This document shows positions 8,938 through 19,986 of a stretch of DNA of 53,784 nucleotides, one piece after another. Below the pieces are notes generated by a model. That model searched no databases. It saw only the letters and a list, made by a program, of their open reading frames with translations, and was not told the DNA's origin. The stretch's first letter is position 1. Each line of letters opens with the position of its first letter. The DNA lies in the NCBI GenBank assembly GCA_049972095.1, contig JBMFKQ010000006.1, forward strand, positions 1 through 53,784. The letters run 5' to 3'. This DNA comes from Elusimicrobiales bacterium. GTDB lineage: Bacteria > Elusimicrobiota > Elusimicrobia > Elusimicrobiales > UBA9959. A program made the position numbers and the translations under genes.

Positions 8938-10680
8938 TTATATATTCTGTTTCTTATAAAGCTGGTAATACTCACCACTTTTTTCAATAAGCTGTCTATG
9001 AGTGCCACTTTCAACTATAACTCCATTTTTAAGAACAAATATCCTTGCAGCATTCACAATAGTGCTAAGTCTGTGTGCAGTTATTATAACGGTTTTCCCC
9101 TTAAGAGAATTTTCTATCGCCCTTTGGACATAAAGCTCAGTTTTTGAATCAAGGTTTGATGTTGCCTCATCGAGAAGCATTATCCTTGGTTTTCTCACAA
9201 CCGCCCTTGCTATTGCAAGCCTTTGCCTTTGACCTCCTGATATCTTTACTCCCCGCTCACCCACAATAGTTTCAAATCCAAAAGGCATAGCTTCTATAAA
9301 GGAGATTGAATCTGATATCTCTGCAGCTGTTCTTATTTCACTTTCAGATGCCTTTGTATTTCCAACAAGTATATTATTTCTAATCGTGTCATTAAAAACC
9401 ATTGTATCCTGACTAACAACACTTATAAAATTCCTGAGGGATTTTATTTCAACATCACGTATATCATAGCCATCTATTTTTATAACCCCCTTTTGAGGGT
9501 CAAAGAATCTTAAGATAAGCTGGATTATTGTTGATTTGCCGCTTCCTGATCTTCCAACAAAAGCAACAACCTCGTTTGGCTCAACTACAAAGCTAATTCC
9601 TTTCAAAACCCAGTCCTTTGATGTGGGATATCTGTAGTAGACATCCTCAAATTCAATCTTACCCTTAATATCTTTAAGAACAATTGCATTCCTTTTAACC
9701 TCAATAACAGGCTTTTCATTGAGTATAGAATATATTCTCTCCCAGCTTGCAAGACCTATTTGAAGTTTTGAGTTCATATTGGATATGTTTTTAAAAGGTG
9801 TATATGCTGTAATAAATGCAGCTGTAAATGAAAAAAAATCGGCAGGCTTCATACTCCCATTCTTTATCATATAATAACCAATTATCATCAGAATATATAT
9901 AACAAAACTACCTATAAGCTCCATAACTGGGCCTGATATAGATGTTGCTCTAAGATATCCCATTATCTTTGCAAAATATTCATTGTTAACATTTATGAAT
10001 TTTTTAGATACTTCATCCTCATAGTTATATGCCTTTATAACAGGTATTGCACCAAGAGTCTCCTGAAAATTGTGAGAGATATGACCTATCACCTCCTGAG
10101 ATTGCTTTGAGTATCTTTTCATCTTTTTGCCAAAATATCTAAGGAAATAAAGACTTGAAGGAATGAAAATAAAGGAAAAGACTGCGAGTTTGAAATTTAT
10201 ATAAAAAAGAGCAATTGTTACAAAAATAACAGTTCCTACATCCCTAACCCCATAGAGAGGAATAAACTGAACAGCTCCCTGTATATTTCCAAGATCATTC
10301 ATAACCCTGCTGAGTATATCTCCGCTTCTATTTCTCCAGTAAAACTCAAGTGGAAGATTGCATATTTTCAAAAAGAGAGACTCCCTTATCCTTTGAATAA
10401 CCCTCTGACCTATATAATTCATCGTATAGTTGTTTGCATACTCTGCAAGCATCCTCACAACAAAAAGAAAAGGAAGAACAATCAATATTACTTTAAATGT
10501 ATGCTCATTTCTTTCTATAAAAACACTCTGTATAAAAGGTCCAACAAGATAAACTATTGTAGCCCTTATAATACTTAAAATCACCATGGTTAGCAATGCA
10601 AAAAAAAGCCTTTTTTTATGCTCTTTTAGATATGAAAGGAGTGATATATAAAGCTCCTTTTTCTGTGGTAAGAAACTCAT
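8938..10680 (-). CDS. msbA: Lipid A flippase ABC transporter
   Basis: Fused TMD and NBD (GRSGSGKST, ISGGQRQR, LLDEATS), directly after lpxB. Confidence 0.82.
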   Translation of the reverse strand: MSFLPQKKELYISLLSYLKEHKKRLFFALLTMVILSIIRATIVYLVGPFIQSVFIERNEHTFKVILIVLPFLFVVRMLAEYANNYTMNYIGQRVIQRIRESLFLKICNLPLEFYWRNRSGDILSRVMNDLGNIQGAVQFIPLYGVRDVGTVIFVTIALFYINFKLAVFSFIFIPSSLYFLRYFGKKMKRYSKQSQEVIGHISHNFQETLGAIPVIKAYNYEDEVSKKFINVNNEYFAKIMGYLRATSISGPVMELIGSFVIYILMIIGYYMIKNGSMKPADFFSFTAAFITAYTPFKNISNMNSKLQIGLASWERIYSILNEKPVIEVKRNAIVLKDIKGKIEFEDVYYRYPTSKDWVLKGISFVVEPNEVVAFVGRSGSGKSTIIQLILRFFDPQKGVIKIDGYDIRDVEIKSLRNFISVVSQDTMVFNDTIRNNILVGNTKASESEIRTAAEISDSISFIEAMPFGFETIVGERGVKISGGQRQRLAIARAVVRKPRIMLLDEATSNLDSKTELYVQRAIENSLKGKTVIITAHRLSTIVNAARIFVLKNGVIVESGTHRQLIEKSGEYYQLYKKQNI

Positions 10681-11816
10681 AATATATCAAAATCTGATAT
10701 TATATCCTTAGCAATTGCTGTAACGACCTTTTGAGATGAAGAAAGCATCCTCTTAATCTCAAGCATATCTTGTGAGATTTTCTCATATTTGCTTCTGTTC
10801 TTAAGAATATCGAGAACATGCCTATACACTACAGATGCCTTAAACGAATGCTGAATGAACTCTTTAACAGATTCTCTTGAAAGAATTATATTTGGAAGGG
10901 ATATATATGGTATTCTAATAAGAGCTTTTGCAAGCTCGTAGTTGATAAACGAGGTTTTATAACCAACCACCATAGGTATACCAAGAAGTGCATTTTCTAA
11001 AGTTGCTGTGCCCGAACAAGTAAGGCAGAAGTCCATATTTTTTCTTATAGAGTAATCCCTATCATAAACAAATCTGATCTTTGAATCAATATCAATGATG
11101 CTGCGATAAAAAATCTCACTGAACTCATCAACCATAAAAACATATCCTTCTATTGAAGGAAAATCTTTTTTGAGAAGGGAAAACACCTCATAAAAAACAG
11201 GCAGATGCATCTCTATCTCACACTTCCTTGAGCCTGGAAGTATTGCTATTTTTATATTTCTATCATCAGGAAAAATCCTGGGAAGATTAACATCAGGTAT
11301 AAAATCAGAAAGTGGATGGCCAAAATATCTAACATTTCCTAAAAGTCTAGTGTATATATCAAGCTCAAAGGGAAATACGGCATATATTTTCTTTGAGTTT
11401 GCTGCAACCGTCTTTGCCCTTTTAGGCCTTGAAGCCCAAACCTGGGGTGGTATGTAGTAATAGACAGGCACCTGTCTTTTTTTACAAAGCCCAAGCACCT
11501 GTCTATTGAAACCAAAAAAATCAACTGTTATAACAAAGGCAGGTCTTTTTTCCTCTATAAACCTTCTAACAATAGATATAAGCTTAATCCATAGCTGAAT
11601 ACTCTTTATACTTGAAACAAAACCAAAAACCCCTTTTGATACAACATCATATATAAATCTATCCGATACCTCCCTTGAACGCAAGCCCCCTATCGAGTAA
11701 ACTATAAGTGAAGGTTCCTGCTTTTTCAACTCCCTTATAAGATTTGCGGCATGGAAGTCTCCAGAAACATCACCACTTATAACAAGTATATCCCTGTTTC
11801 TCAAGACAACAGGCAT
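10677..11816 (-). CDS. lpxB: Lipid A disaccharide synthase
   Basis: GDVSGD, YIPPQVWA, GHPL, LPGSR and SGTATLE motifs. Confidence 0.92.
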   Translation of the reverse strand: MPVVLRNRDILVISGDVSGDFHAANLIRELKKQEPSLIVYSIGGLRSREVSDRFIYDVVSKGVFGFVSSIKSIQLWIKLISIVRRFIEEKRPAFVITVDFFGFNRQVLGLCKKRQVPVYYYIPPQVWASRPKRAKTVAANSKKIYAVFPFELDIYTRLLGNVRYFGHPLSDFIPDVNLPRIFPDDRNIKIAILPGSRKCEIEMHLPVFYEVFSLLKKDFPSIEGYVFMVDEFSEIFYRSIIDIDSKIRFVYDRDYSIRKNMDFCLTCSGTATLENALLGIPMVVGYKTSFINYELAKALIRIPYISLPNIILSRESVKEFIQHSFKASVVYRHVLDILKNRSKYEKISQDMLEIKRMLSSSQKVVTAIAKDIISDFDIL

Positions 11817-11817
11817 A

Positions 11818-12864
11818 TTACCTACCTATCCCCTCGTCTATCCTCGTCTCTATTATACCCTTGGCAGCCTCTATTATATCCTTAACCCTTCCATCTTTGG
11901 AGGTATTGTGTAGAGAACCCTTTGGCATCCTATATAGTTTCATATTTTCGCATACACCTATTGCAAGCTTAAGAGCCGTTGTTCCTTTATAGACATCAGT
12001 AAGAGGTTTTCTGGCATTTTCTATACACTCTATAAAATGTTTGAGCTCCTCAGTTATCGGAAGCCTTTTCTCAATCTTTGGTGTTATTATCTCTATATCA
12101 GAAAGACTTTTTGGCTCAGGCACTGCTTTTTTATATATCTTTATTCTTGAGCTTATATAGTCAACTGAGATATATTCCTCATCCTGATATATCCTCATTC
12201 TTCTTATTTTCTCAAATGTTATTCTACTTGCTGTTACATCAGCCACTGTTCCATTTTTAAATCTTATTCTTGCATTTGATATATCTTCAAACCTTGAGAA
12301 AATGCTTGCTCCTATTGAATCTATAGATTCAACCTCTGAATTTACAAGCCAAAGAAGTATATCAAGATCATGTATCATCAGATCAAGTGTAACCCCTATT
12401 CCACTTACACGAGGATCATAAGGACCAAGCCTTTCCATATTTATATAAAGTGGTTTTTTTACATACTTTGCCGCTTCTATGACAGCAGGATTGAACCTCT
12501 CAACATGACCAACCTGAAGAATAACTCCCTTCTTTTCAGAAAGTTGAGCAAGATACTTTGCATCCTCAAGACTATCTGTAATCGGTTTTTCAACAAGACA
12601 GTGTATCCCTTTTTCTATAGCAACCTCACTGATCTCCTTGTGAAGATGAGTTGGAACAGCTACAACAACTGCATCAACAAGCCCGAGCAGATCCTTATAA
12701 TCACGGTATGCTACAGCATTATTACCCCATGCAACAGACTGTGCTCTTAAAAGATCTACATCAGCAACACCAACAAGCTCTGCCTTCTCGATCCCTGCAA
12801 GTGTTCTTGCATGATAGCTACCTATTTTCCCTGCTCCTATAACACCAAATCTTATCTTTTTCAT
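11818..12864 (-). CDS. Gfo/Idh/MocA oxidoreductase, GnnA-like by context
   Basis: GAGKIG, VEKP, VGHVERFNPA and DLMIHDLD motifs. GAGG SD before ATG 12864; immediately upstream of lpxB. Confidence 0.8.
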   Translation of the reverse strand: MKKIRFGVIGAGKIGSYHARTLAGIEKAELVGVADVDLLRAQSVAWGNNAVAYRDYKDLLGLVDAVVVAVPTHLHKEISEVAIEKGIHCLVEKPITDSLEDAKYLAQLSEKKGVILQVGHVERFNPAVIEAAKYVKKPLYINMERLGPYDPRVSGIGVTLDLMIHDLDILLWLVNSEVESIDSIGASIFSRFEDISNARIRFKNGTVADVTASRITFEKIRRMRIYQDEEYISVDYISSRIKIYKKAVPEPKSLSDIEIITPKIEKRLPITEELKHFIECIENARKPLTDVYKGTTALKLAIGVCENMKLYRMPKGSLHNTSKDGRVKDIIEAAKGIIETRIDEGIGR

Positions 12865-12937
12865 ATTAAAACCTCTTGTGTTGAAAATTCTATAAAGCAC
12901 TTAAAAAAGCTCTTTAGAATTATTCTATCATATATTT

Positions 12938-14011
12938 ATGAAGGTTCTATCGGTTATAAATTCATTTAAAACTACAGCATCTTCAGCTGATATAAACAGA
13001 TGTGTAGAAAAGATGCTTAAAAAAAGTCATACTGTAATATCAATCCCTATATCTGATGGTGGTGATGGTTTTGTTGAATGTCTGAAAGGAAAAGGGAGGA
13101 TCATAAATCTAAAAACCGAAGGCCCATTTATGAATATAAAGGTTAAAGCAAGATATCTTATAAACAAAGAGGAAGCATACATAGAGATAGCAGAAATATG
13201 TGGTATAAAACATCTTTCTCCATCCAGACTAAATCCATTAAAAGCAACAACATATGGGGTTGGGAGGGTGATTGAAGATGCTATAAAAAATGGGGCAAAG
13301 AAGATTTATATAGGGCTTGGAGGAACAGCCTCAAATGATGCAGGCTGTGGGGCAGCATATTATTTAGGAGTAAAGTTTACAGATGAAAACTCAAATGAGA
13401 TATTCCCTGATATAAAAGGTATTTTAAGAACCAAAAACATAGATTTTTCCGCGATTAGAGTTCCCAAAAATATCAAATTCTATGCTGTATGTGATGTTAA
13501 AAATAAACTTCTTGGCAAATACGGCTCTGCCAGGGTTTTTGGACCACAGAAAGGAGCAGATAGAAGTGACATCATTATAATAGAAAATGCACTTAAAAAT
13601 CTTACCTCGCTCATAAGGAAAGAAAAAAGGATAGATATATCAAAGGTTGAGGGTGGGGCTAGTGCTGGTGGATTTGGGGCAGGGATATACGGTTTCTTTA
13701 ACGGTAAAATAATAAGCGGCTCTAATTTCATAATGGAAAAACTTGATATTGAAAAGCTGATATACAAATCAGATATAATCCTGACAGGAGAAGGAAGGTT
13801 TGATAGAACAAGCTTCTACGGTAAAATAACAGGTGAGATAATAAAAAAGGCAAAAAAATACAGAAAAAAGATCTTTGTTATAACAGCTATAAGTGAGATA
13901 AAAAAGATGAAAGGGGTTGAGATTATTGAACTTTCATCAAAATATCCTCTTGAGTTAGTTTTCAAAAAACCAATTCCTTTTATATTAATAGAGATAAAAT
14001 CAATCCTTTGA
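12938..14011 (+). CDS. glxK: Glycerate kinase
   Basis: ISDGGDG, GLGGTASND, FGPQKGA, GASAGG and TGEGRFD motifs. Confidence 0.88.
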   Translation: MKVLSVINSFKTTASSADINRCVEKMLKKSHTVISIPISDGGDGFVECLKGKGRIINLKTEGPFMNIKVKARYLINKEEAYIEIAEICGIKHLSPSRLNPLKATTYGVGRVIEDAIKNGAKKIYIGLGGTASNDAGCGAAYYLGVKFTDENSNEIFPDIKGILRTKNIDFSAIRVPKNIKFYAVCDVKNKLLGKYGSARVFGPQKGADRSDIIIIENALKNLTSLIRKEKRIDISKVEGGASAGGFGAGIYGFFNGKIISGSNFIMEKLDIEKLIYKSDIILTGEGRFDRTSFYGKITGEIIKKAKKYRKKIFVITAISEIKKMKGVEIIELSSKYPLELVFKKPIPFILIEIKSIL

Positions 14012-14054
14012 TTTTTGTAAAATATAGTTAATTTATTTATAGAAGGAGTTGTTT

Positions 14055-14459
14055 ATGGTTGTTGTTAATGTAAAATGCCCCCGCTGCGGGAAATCACTTA
14101 TGGACAGAGAAACTCTAATAGATGACCATCCAGCAATAGCAGTAAAACTAACATATGCAGGTAAAAAAGGAATGCTTTATCTAAGCCCGGTTTATGGAAG
14201 CTACAACATCAAGACTGAAATAGAGGTTCCAAAAGGCAAGATAGCAGGTTTCAGATGCCCCCACTGTGGGTGTGACCTTAAAAGCACAAGAAAATGTGAT
14301 GTCTGCAGTGCGCAGATGGTTGCATTTGATCTCAAAGAGGGTGGGGTTGTTCAGATATGCTCAAGAAGAGGATGCAGAAAACACCTAATAGAGTTTGAGG
14401 ATCCATCAAAAGAGCTTGAGATATTCTACAAAACATATTTGAAATCATTCAAAAAATAA
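14055..14459 (+). CDS. Small Cys-rich putative metal-binding protein
   Basis: CPRC, CPHC, CDVC and CSRRGC; AAGGAG SD before ATG 14055. Confidence 0.7.
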   Translation: MVVVNVKCPRCGKSLMDRETLIDDHPAIAVKLTYAGKKGMLYLSPVYGSYNIKTEIEVPKGKIAGFRCPHCGCDLKSTRKCDVCSAQMVAFDLKEGGVVQICSRRGCRKHLIEFEDPSKELEIFYKTYLKSFKK

Positions 14460-14463
14460 CTGA

Positions 14464-15201
14464 ATGAAGAAAATTCTCATAATCCTTCTGCCTCTTGCAG
14501 CATTTATATCTGTGGTGTTTATCTGCACAGACAATTTTAGACAAACAACTTTTATTTCTAACCTTATCAGCAAGAATATAGATGATAAAGCTAAAAAAAA
14601 TCAGATTGAAGGATTTAACTCACAAATAAAGTTTGAATCATCAAAACCAACATTCTCTTACCAGAAAGCCGTGTCTTTTGAGCTTGAAATAAAAGGAAGT
14701 CAAGATTTTAAAGCAAAGGTAAAAAACGCCATAAGGCTTTTATGGCTTTATGATAGAGAGGGTTCATTTACACTTCTAAAAAGATATGTCTTTGAAATAG
14801 CTGAATCAAATAGAACATGCTTTTCAGTGCGTGATGATAAAACACCAGTTATTGAGATTTCATCACAAAAAGCTAACCAATCATCAATTACCTTTCTTGC
14901 ATCTATCATAGCCCATAACCTATGGCATGCATATTACCAAATAGAGACAAAAAAGAAAAAAAAGAAGGAAAGAAGTGTCCCATTACCAGGGGAAGAAACA
15001 ACAGTTAGAGACTTTGAAATACCACTCCCTTCTCCAAAGAAATTTGATGATGTTTTTAGTATTGAAAGATCTGCTTTTGAATACCAATACACTATACTTG
15101 AAAAGATAGGAGCAAGTAATTTAGAGAAAAAGCTTTTGAAGAAAAGAAAATATAATGATTTTTCGCTTTCCCATGATGGGAATTATATAATATATTTCTA
15201 A
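14464..15201 (+). CDS. Membrane-anchored or exported hypothetical protein with zincin-like HNLWH motif
   Basis: N-terminal hydrophobic segment; IIAHNLWHAY; later IERSA. Confidence 0.55.
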   Translation: MKKILIILLPLAAFISVVFICTDNFRQTTFISNLISKNIDDKAKKNQIEGFNSQIKFESSKPTFSYQKAVSFELEIKGSQDFKAKVKNAIRLLWLYDREGSFTLLKRYVFEIAESNRTCFSVRDDKTPVIEISSQKANQSSITFLASIIAHNLWHAYYQIETKKKKKKERSVPLPGEETTVRDFEIPLPSPKKFDDVFSIERSAFEYQYTILEKIGASNLEKKLLKKRKYNDFSLSHDGNYIIYF

Positions 15202-15231
15202 AAAAATTTGTCATAAAACATTTTGAATGAG

Positions 15232-16242
15232 CTAATCAGCAAGTTCAAACATCATATCTATTGAACTTCTTGCTCTTTTTATAATCTCATCATCCAGAAT
15301 TATTTCTCTTTCTGTTGGAAGTTTTTCAAGGGTTTCAAGGATATTCTCAAGGGTTATCATTTTCATATAAGGGCATAATCTGCACATTGCTATAAAAATC
15401 TTATGAGGAAACTTCATAATTGCAAGCTCTCCAAGACCACATTCAGTTACAAGCATGTAATGTGAAGAATCTGTAGATTCAACATATTTAAGCATATCTG
15501 ATGTTGAGCCCATAAAATCAACCTCTTTGATAATCTCTGATGGGCACTCTGAGTGAGCAAGCACAAGCATTGAAGGATACCTCTTTCTATATTCTTTTAT
15601 AACACCAACATCAAACTTTTCATGAACTATACAAGAGCCCTCCCAGATTATAATATCCTTTCCTACCTGCTTATTGAGTCTTTTAGCAAGGTTTGAAGCC
15701 ATATACTTATCAGGAATAAATATTAAAGATTTATTCTTTTCAAAAAGCCTTTTTAAAATCCTCTCTGCTGATGAGCTTGTTACAACAACATCACTTTCAG
15801 CCTTAACCTCTGCAGATGTGTTTATATAGCTGACGACAGGGTATGTGGGATAGAGCTTTTTAAGATTTCTTATATCCTCAGCTTTTATCGAATCGCTTAA
15901 ACTGCAACTCGCCTCAGCTGCTGGAATGAATACGCGCTTTAAAGGATTGATTATCTTTGCTGTCTCAGCCATAAATCTAACACCGCAGAAAAGAATAACA
16001 TCAGCATCAAACTCTGAAGATTTTTTTGCAAGCATATATGAATCACCAACAACATCACCAACACCTATTATAATCTCAGGCCTTTGGTAAACATGAACCG
16101 GTATAACAGCCCTTCTTTCTTTTTTAAGCCTATTTATCTCAAGGGTAAGTCTTGCAACCTCTTTTATGTCTCTTTCTGGACATAGCCTTCCAAGCCCTTT
16201 TTCACAAAGTCTTATTATTTCTTTCTCTATCTCATAGTTCAT
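15232..16242 (-). CDS. nadA: Quinolinate synthase
   Basis: HVYQ, FCGVRFMAE, CSL, YINT, CIVH, AHSEC and CPYMK motifs. Confidence 0.93.
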   Translation of the reverse strand: MNYEIEKEIIRLCEKGLGRLCPERDIKEVARLTLEINRLKKERRAVIPVHVYQRPEIIIGVGDVVGDSYMLAKKSSEFDADVILFCGVRFMAETAKIINPLKRVFIPAAEASCSLSDSIKAEDIRNLKKLYPTYPVVSYINTSAEVKAESDVVVTSSSAERILKRLFEKNKSLIFIPDKYMASNLAKRLNKQVGKDIIIWEGSCIVHEKFDVGVIKEYRKRYPSMLVLAHSECPSEIIKEVDFMGSTSDMLKYVESTDSSHYMLVTECGLGELAIMKFPHKIFIAMCRLCPYMKMITLENILETLEKLPTEREIILDDEIIKRARSSIDMMFELAD

Positions 16243-17038
16243 TGAAAAGCCTCTCCATCATCTTAATTTCTTCCAAATCACAGCTGTATATATCCATATC
16301 CTGACGATCTGTCTGAGGACCATGATAATCAGTTCCAGCAGTTACTATGAGATTATACTTATGTGCAATCTCAATATATCTTTTTATTCCCCATGATGTA
16401 TGAGCAGGATAAAATGCCTCTATACCGTCAAAACCTTTTTTAATAAGCATCTCTATATCAAAAAACTTTTCAACCATGCGGGGATGTGCAAGAACAGCAA
16501 GACCACCCGCGTTTTTAATAACCTCAATTGCCTCATCAACATCCGGGCCCCTCGGCTCAACATACGCAGGTTTCCCTTCAACAAGATACTTCAAAAATGC
16601 CTCATTTCTTGAACAGCCATACCCTTTCTCAACAAGGGCATCTGCTATATGAGGTCTTCCAACTGTTGTCATAGATGATATTTTAAGATCATCAAAGCTT
16701 ATATCAATTCCCAAACACCTTAGCTTTGATATTATATCATTAATACGCGAAATTCTTCTGTTTCTAAAATCCTCAAGCTTTTTCTCAAGCTCATCAGTTT
16801 TTTTAATCCCATAACCGAGTATATGAAGATAATCATGGTTTTTAGTGCTTATCTCAACACCTCTAATAAGGTGAAGCCCTTGCGCGTATTTAATTCCAGC
16901 ATCAGAATAGGCATTTATTGTATCATGATCTGTTATTGAAAAATAAAGAACCCTCTTTTTTTTTGCAAACTCAACAAGAGATCTAACATCAAGTCTACCA
17001 TCAGAATAAACTGAGTGGCTATGGAGATTTATATACAT
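16232..17038 (-). CDS. PHP-domain phosphoesterase (TrpH/YciV-like)
   Basis: LHSHSVYSDG, ITDHD, GRPHIA, LAHP and GTDYHG motifs. Confidence 0.88.
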   Translation of the reverse strand: MYINLHSHSVYSDGRLDVRSLVEFAKKKRVLYFSITDHDTINAYSDAGIKYAQGLHLIRGVEISTKNHDYLHILGYGIKKTDELEKKLEDFRNRRISRINDIISKLRCLGIDISFDDLKISSMTTVGRPHIADALVEKGYGCSRNEAFLKYLVEGKPAYVEPRGPDVDEAIEVIKNAGGLAVLAHPRMVEKFFDIEMLIKKGFDGIEAFYPAHTSWGIKRYIEIAHKYNLIVTAGTDYHGPQTDRQDMDIYSCDLEEIKMMERLFNEL

Positions 17039-17263
17039 TTAGGAGTTTAAAACCTTCTTCACCTCAGGCACTTCCTCTTTTATTGTCCTTTCAACAAGAG
17101 TTTTAAGAGTCATAACAGAAAAAGGGCATGCTCCACATGCACCAACAAGTCTAACCTTAACAACGCCATCCTTTTCATCTACATCAATCAGTTCTATTGA
17201 TCCACCATCCCTTTCAAGCATCGGTCTTATTTTATCTATAACCTTCTGAACCTTTTCTTTCAT
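17039..17263 (-). CDS. Stand-alone NifU/Nfu-domain Fe-S carrier
   Basis: [10 protein letters not shown] and GACGACP motifs. Confidence 0.88.
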   Translation of the reverse strand: MKEKVQKVIDKIRPMLERDGGSIELIDVDEKDGVVKVRLVGACGACPFSVMTLKTLVERTIKEEVPEVKKVLNS

Positions 17264-17352
17264 AACATCTCCCTCTATGCTATCATAGAATGCCTCTATA
17301 AGTTAAATTTTACCATTTAAAGCTTACACTCTAAAATACTTTTTTATCAGGT

Positions 17353-18249
17353 TTAGCCCTTTGGATGGAATCTGGTGTGAATATTTTTTATGACGGATTT
17401 ATCAAGATGAGTATAGACCTGAGTTGTAGTAAGGCTTGAATGCCCAAGCATCTCAGCTATAGATCTAAGATCAGCACCGTTATGAAGAAGATGTGTCGCA
17501 AAGGTGTGTCTGAACATATGAGGATATATGTTTTTATCAATACCTGTATTTTTTACAAAATTTTTTATATCCTTCCATAGTTGAACTCTGCTTATCCGCC
17601 TTCCACTTCTGTTTACAAAAAAATAAGATGAGGCTTTTTCTAACCTCTTTTCAAGCATTCTGTTTCTTTCATTAAGATATAGCTTAAGTATTGAAATCGT
17701 ATTTTCCGCCACAGGGACAATCCTTTCCTTTGAGCCTTTCCCCTTAACCCTTACCCATCCTTGATCAAGATTCATATCTTCAAGAGTCAAATTTGAAAGC
17801 TCTGAGATTCTAAGACCAGCGGAATAGAGAAGATCTATCGCAGCACAGGTTCTAAGGGTCTTAAAATCAGATGCTGAAAAAAAATCATATATCTTTTTAA
17901 TCTCATCCAAGGTGAGATAATGCGGCAGTTTTCTTTCAAGCTTTGGTGGAGAAAACTCTGATAGAGGATTTGATTCAATCCTTTTGTCAGTTAGAAGAAA
18001 CTTATAGAATGCTTTAATGGACTCTGTTTTTCTAAAAAGGGATGAGTTTTTTAGTCCAAGTTTTTTGAGGTGAATAAGATATCTTTCAAAATCCTCTCTT
18101 TTAAGCGAGGCAAAATTGATATTTCTTTCATCACAGTAAGAAAGAAACTGGGCAACATCCCCTACATAGGATAGTGAAGTATTTATAGAAAGATTTTTTT
18201 CAAGCGATATATATCTTTTAAAATCCCCAATCAGAGCATCATAACTCAT
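17353..18249 (-). CDS. xerD: XerC/XerD-family tyrosine recombinase
   Basis: [25 protein letters not shown] and LGH...TTQVY. XerD versus XerC is not certain. Confidence 0.82.
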   Translation of the reverse strand: MSYDALIGDFKRYISLEKNLSINTSLSYVGDVAQFLSYCDERNINFASLKREDFERYLIHLKKLGLKNSSLFRKTESIKAFYKFLLTDKRIESNPLSEFSPPKLERKLPHYLTLDEIKKIYDFFSASDFKTLRTCAAIDLLYSAGLRISELSNLTLEDMNLDQGWVRVKGKGSKERIVPVAENTISILKLYLNERNRMLEKRLEKASSYFFVNRSGRRISRVQLWKDIKNFVKNTGIDKNIYPHMFRHTFATHLLHNGADLRSIAEMLGHSSLTTTQVYTHLDKSVIKNIHTRFHPKG

Positions 18250-19289
18250 TTTGACTTTTTCTTACTTTCCTTCTCATCAATATTTTTATCATCACTTTTA
18301 TCTGGATTTAAAAATTTATTCCTAAGTTCATTTTCTATTTCATTAGAGATTTGGGGATTTGAAATAAGAAACTCCTTTGCCTTATCCCTTCCTTGACCGA
18401 GCCTTGTAGCCTTATATTCAAACCAGTTACCAGTTTTTTCAATAACTCCGCACTCAACACCCATATCAATAAGACATCCTTCTCTTGATATACCCTGACC
18501 ATTTATCATATCAAACTCAGCTATTCTATAAGGCGGTGCAACCTTATTTTTAACAACCTTAACCCTGACCCTTGAGCCGATGACCATCTCCCCCTGTTTT
18601 ATATTTTCTGTTTTTCTTATCTCAAGCCTCACAGATGAATAAAATTTAAGTGCAAGACCACCTGTTGTTGTCTCAGGATTGCCAAACATAATTCCAATCT
18701 TTTGCCTTATCTGATTTATGAATATAACAGCAGTCTTAGTCTCAGAGGTTATGGCAGTAAGTTTTCTCAGCGCCTGAGACATTAGTCTTGCCTGAAGACC
18801 AAGATGCTGATCGCCCATATCACCTTCTATCTCAGCCTTAGGAACAAGCGCAGCAACAGAATCTATAACAACAACATCAACAGCACCAGATCTCACAAGT
18901 TTTTCTGCAATCTCAAGTGCCTCCTCACCACAGCTTGGCTGAGATATAAGAAGATTATCCACATCAACACCAAGCTTTTTCGCATAAATAGGATCAAGTG
19001 CATGTTCAGCGTCTATAAAGGCAGCAACACCGCCACTTTTCTGTGCCTGAGAAATTACAGTGAGAGCAAGGGTTGTTTTACCACTTGCCTCAGGCCCATA
19101 TATCTCTATTATTCTTCCCCTTGGAATACCACCAACACCAAGGGCTAAATCAAGAGAGAGAGCACCTGTCGGTATAACAGATATTGTTGTCTTTGCTGAT
19201 TTCTCGCCAAGTCTCATTATCGCTTCCTTCCCAAAGGCTTTTTCTATCTGAGAAAGAGCTGCCTCAAGAGCATGTTTTTTATCTGACAT
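18246..19289 (-). CDS. recA: Recombinase RecA
   Basis: [26 protein letters not shown] and FINQIR motifs. Confidence 0.98.
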   Translation of the reverse strand: MSDKKHALEAALSQIEKAFGKEAIMRLGEKSAKTTISVIPTGALSLDLALGVGGIPRGRIIEIYGPEASGKTTLALTVISQAQKSGGVAAFIDAEHALDPIYAKKLGVDVDNLLISQPSCGEEALEIAEKLVRSGAVDVVVIDSVAALVPKAEIEGDMGDQHLGLQARLMSQALRKLTAITSETKTAVIFINQIRQKIGIMFGNPETTTGGLALKFYSSVRLEIRKTENIKQGEMVIGSRVRVKVVKNKVAPPYRIAEFDMINGQGISREGCLIDMGVECGVIEKTGNWFEYKATRLGQGRDKAKEFLISNPQISNEIENELRNKFLNPDKSDDKNIDEKESKKKSK

Positions 19290-19309
19290 ATATCCTCCCT
19301 TTAAATATT

Positions 19310-19963
19310 TTATATCAATTTAACCTCCTCATCACACAAAAAAGTAATTTCATCAAGCTCATTTTTAAGCCTTTTCGCAAGAATAGAAAAATCGTCATCC
19401 CTTCCTATCTCAATTGGCTTGCCATAGGCTATAACAGCTTTTGAAAAGGGATATGGCAAAAGATATTTATCCCATGCAGTTTGGAATATCTTTGATGGTT
19501 TTGCAGATGACGAAACAGGAAGAACAATAGCACCACTCATTGCAGCTGCAAAGAAAATCCCTTCCTTCACCTCATAAACAGGTCCTCTTGGTCCATCCAC
19601 AGCCATAGCGGCGTTTTTTCCACTTCTCATCGCCCTTACAATACCTCTTAAAGCAGCAACAGCATTTTTAGTAGATGAGCCTCTGATACAGATATAGCCT
19701 AATGATGTGAGTATTGATGTCTGGATATCCCCATCTTTTGAGAGGCTTGTCATAATAACTATATTCATATTTCTGTGAGCATTTACAAGAAGAAACTGCC
19801 TTCCATGCCAGAAGGCAAATATTATTCTTCTACTGTTAACAAGTTTATCAACTATTTCTTTGTTTATATATTTTATCTTAAGTGTTGATGAGATGGATTT
19901 TATCAAAAACACACAAAACCTTGCTGCCTGGGATTTTAAAAAATCATTCTTCAAAAGATCCAT
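19310..19963 (-). CDS. DUF374 acyltransferase family protein (LpxJ-like)
   Basis: FWHG, SKDGD, RGSS, DGPRGP and WDK...PYPFS motifs. Confidence 0.8.
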   Translation of the reverse strand: MDLLKNDFLKSQAARFCVFLIKSISSTLKIKYINKEIVDKLVNSRRIIFAFWHGRQFLLVNAHRNMNIVIMTSLSKDGDIQTSILTSLGYICIRGSSTKNAVAALRGIVRAMRSGKNAAMAVDGPRGPVYEVKEGIFFAAAMSGAIVLPVSSSAKPSKIFQTAWDKYLLPYPFSKAVIAYGKPIEIGRDDDFSILAKRLKNELDEITFLCDEEVKLI

Positions 19964-19969
19964 ATTAAA

Positions 19970-19979
19970 ATTATATAAT
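19970..19979. promoter_or_regulatory. Palindromic bidirectional -10 element (ATTATATAAT)
   Basis: Gives TATAAT on both strands, 6 and 7 nt before the divergent ATGs at 19963 and 19987. Confidence 0.6.
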
Positions 19980-19986
19980 ACTAAAA

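Noticed and set aside
8934..9014. N-terminal extension of Rel
   Set aside because: It overlaps the msbA 3' end; ATG 8933 follows the msbA stop by 4 bp.
12651..12842. Gln-rich ORF MEQLQQLHQQ...
   Set aside because: Antisense shadow of Val/Ala codons in the oxidoreductase gene.
17353..18249. Tyrosine recombinase as a prophage or island integrase
   Set aside because: About 300 aa, Xer-like, coupled to recA, with no att sites or phage genes nearby.
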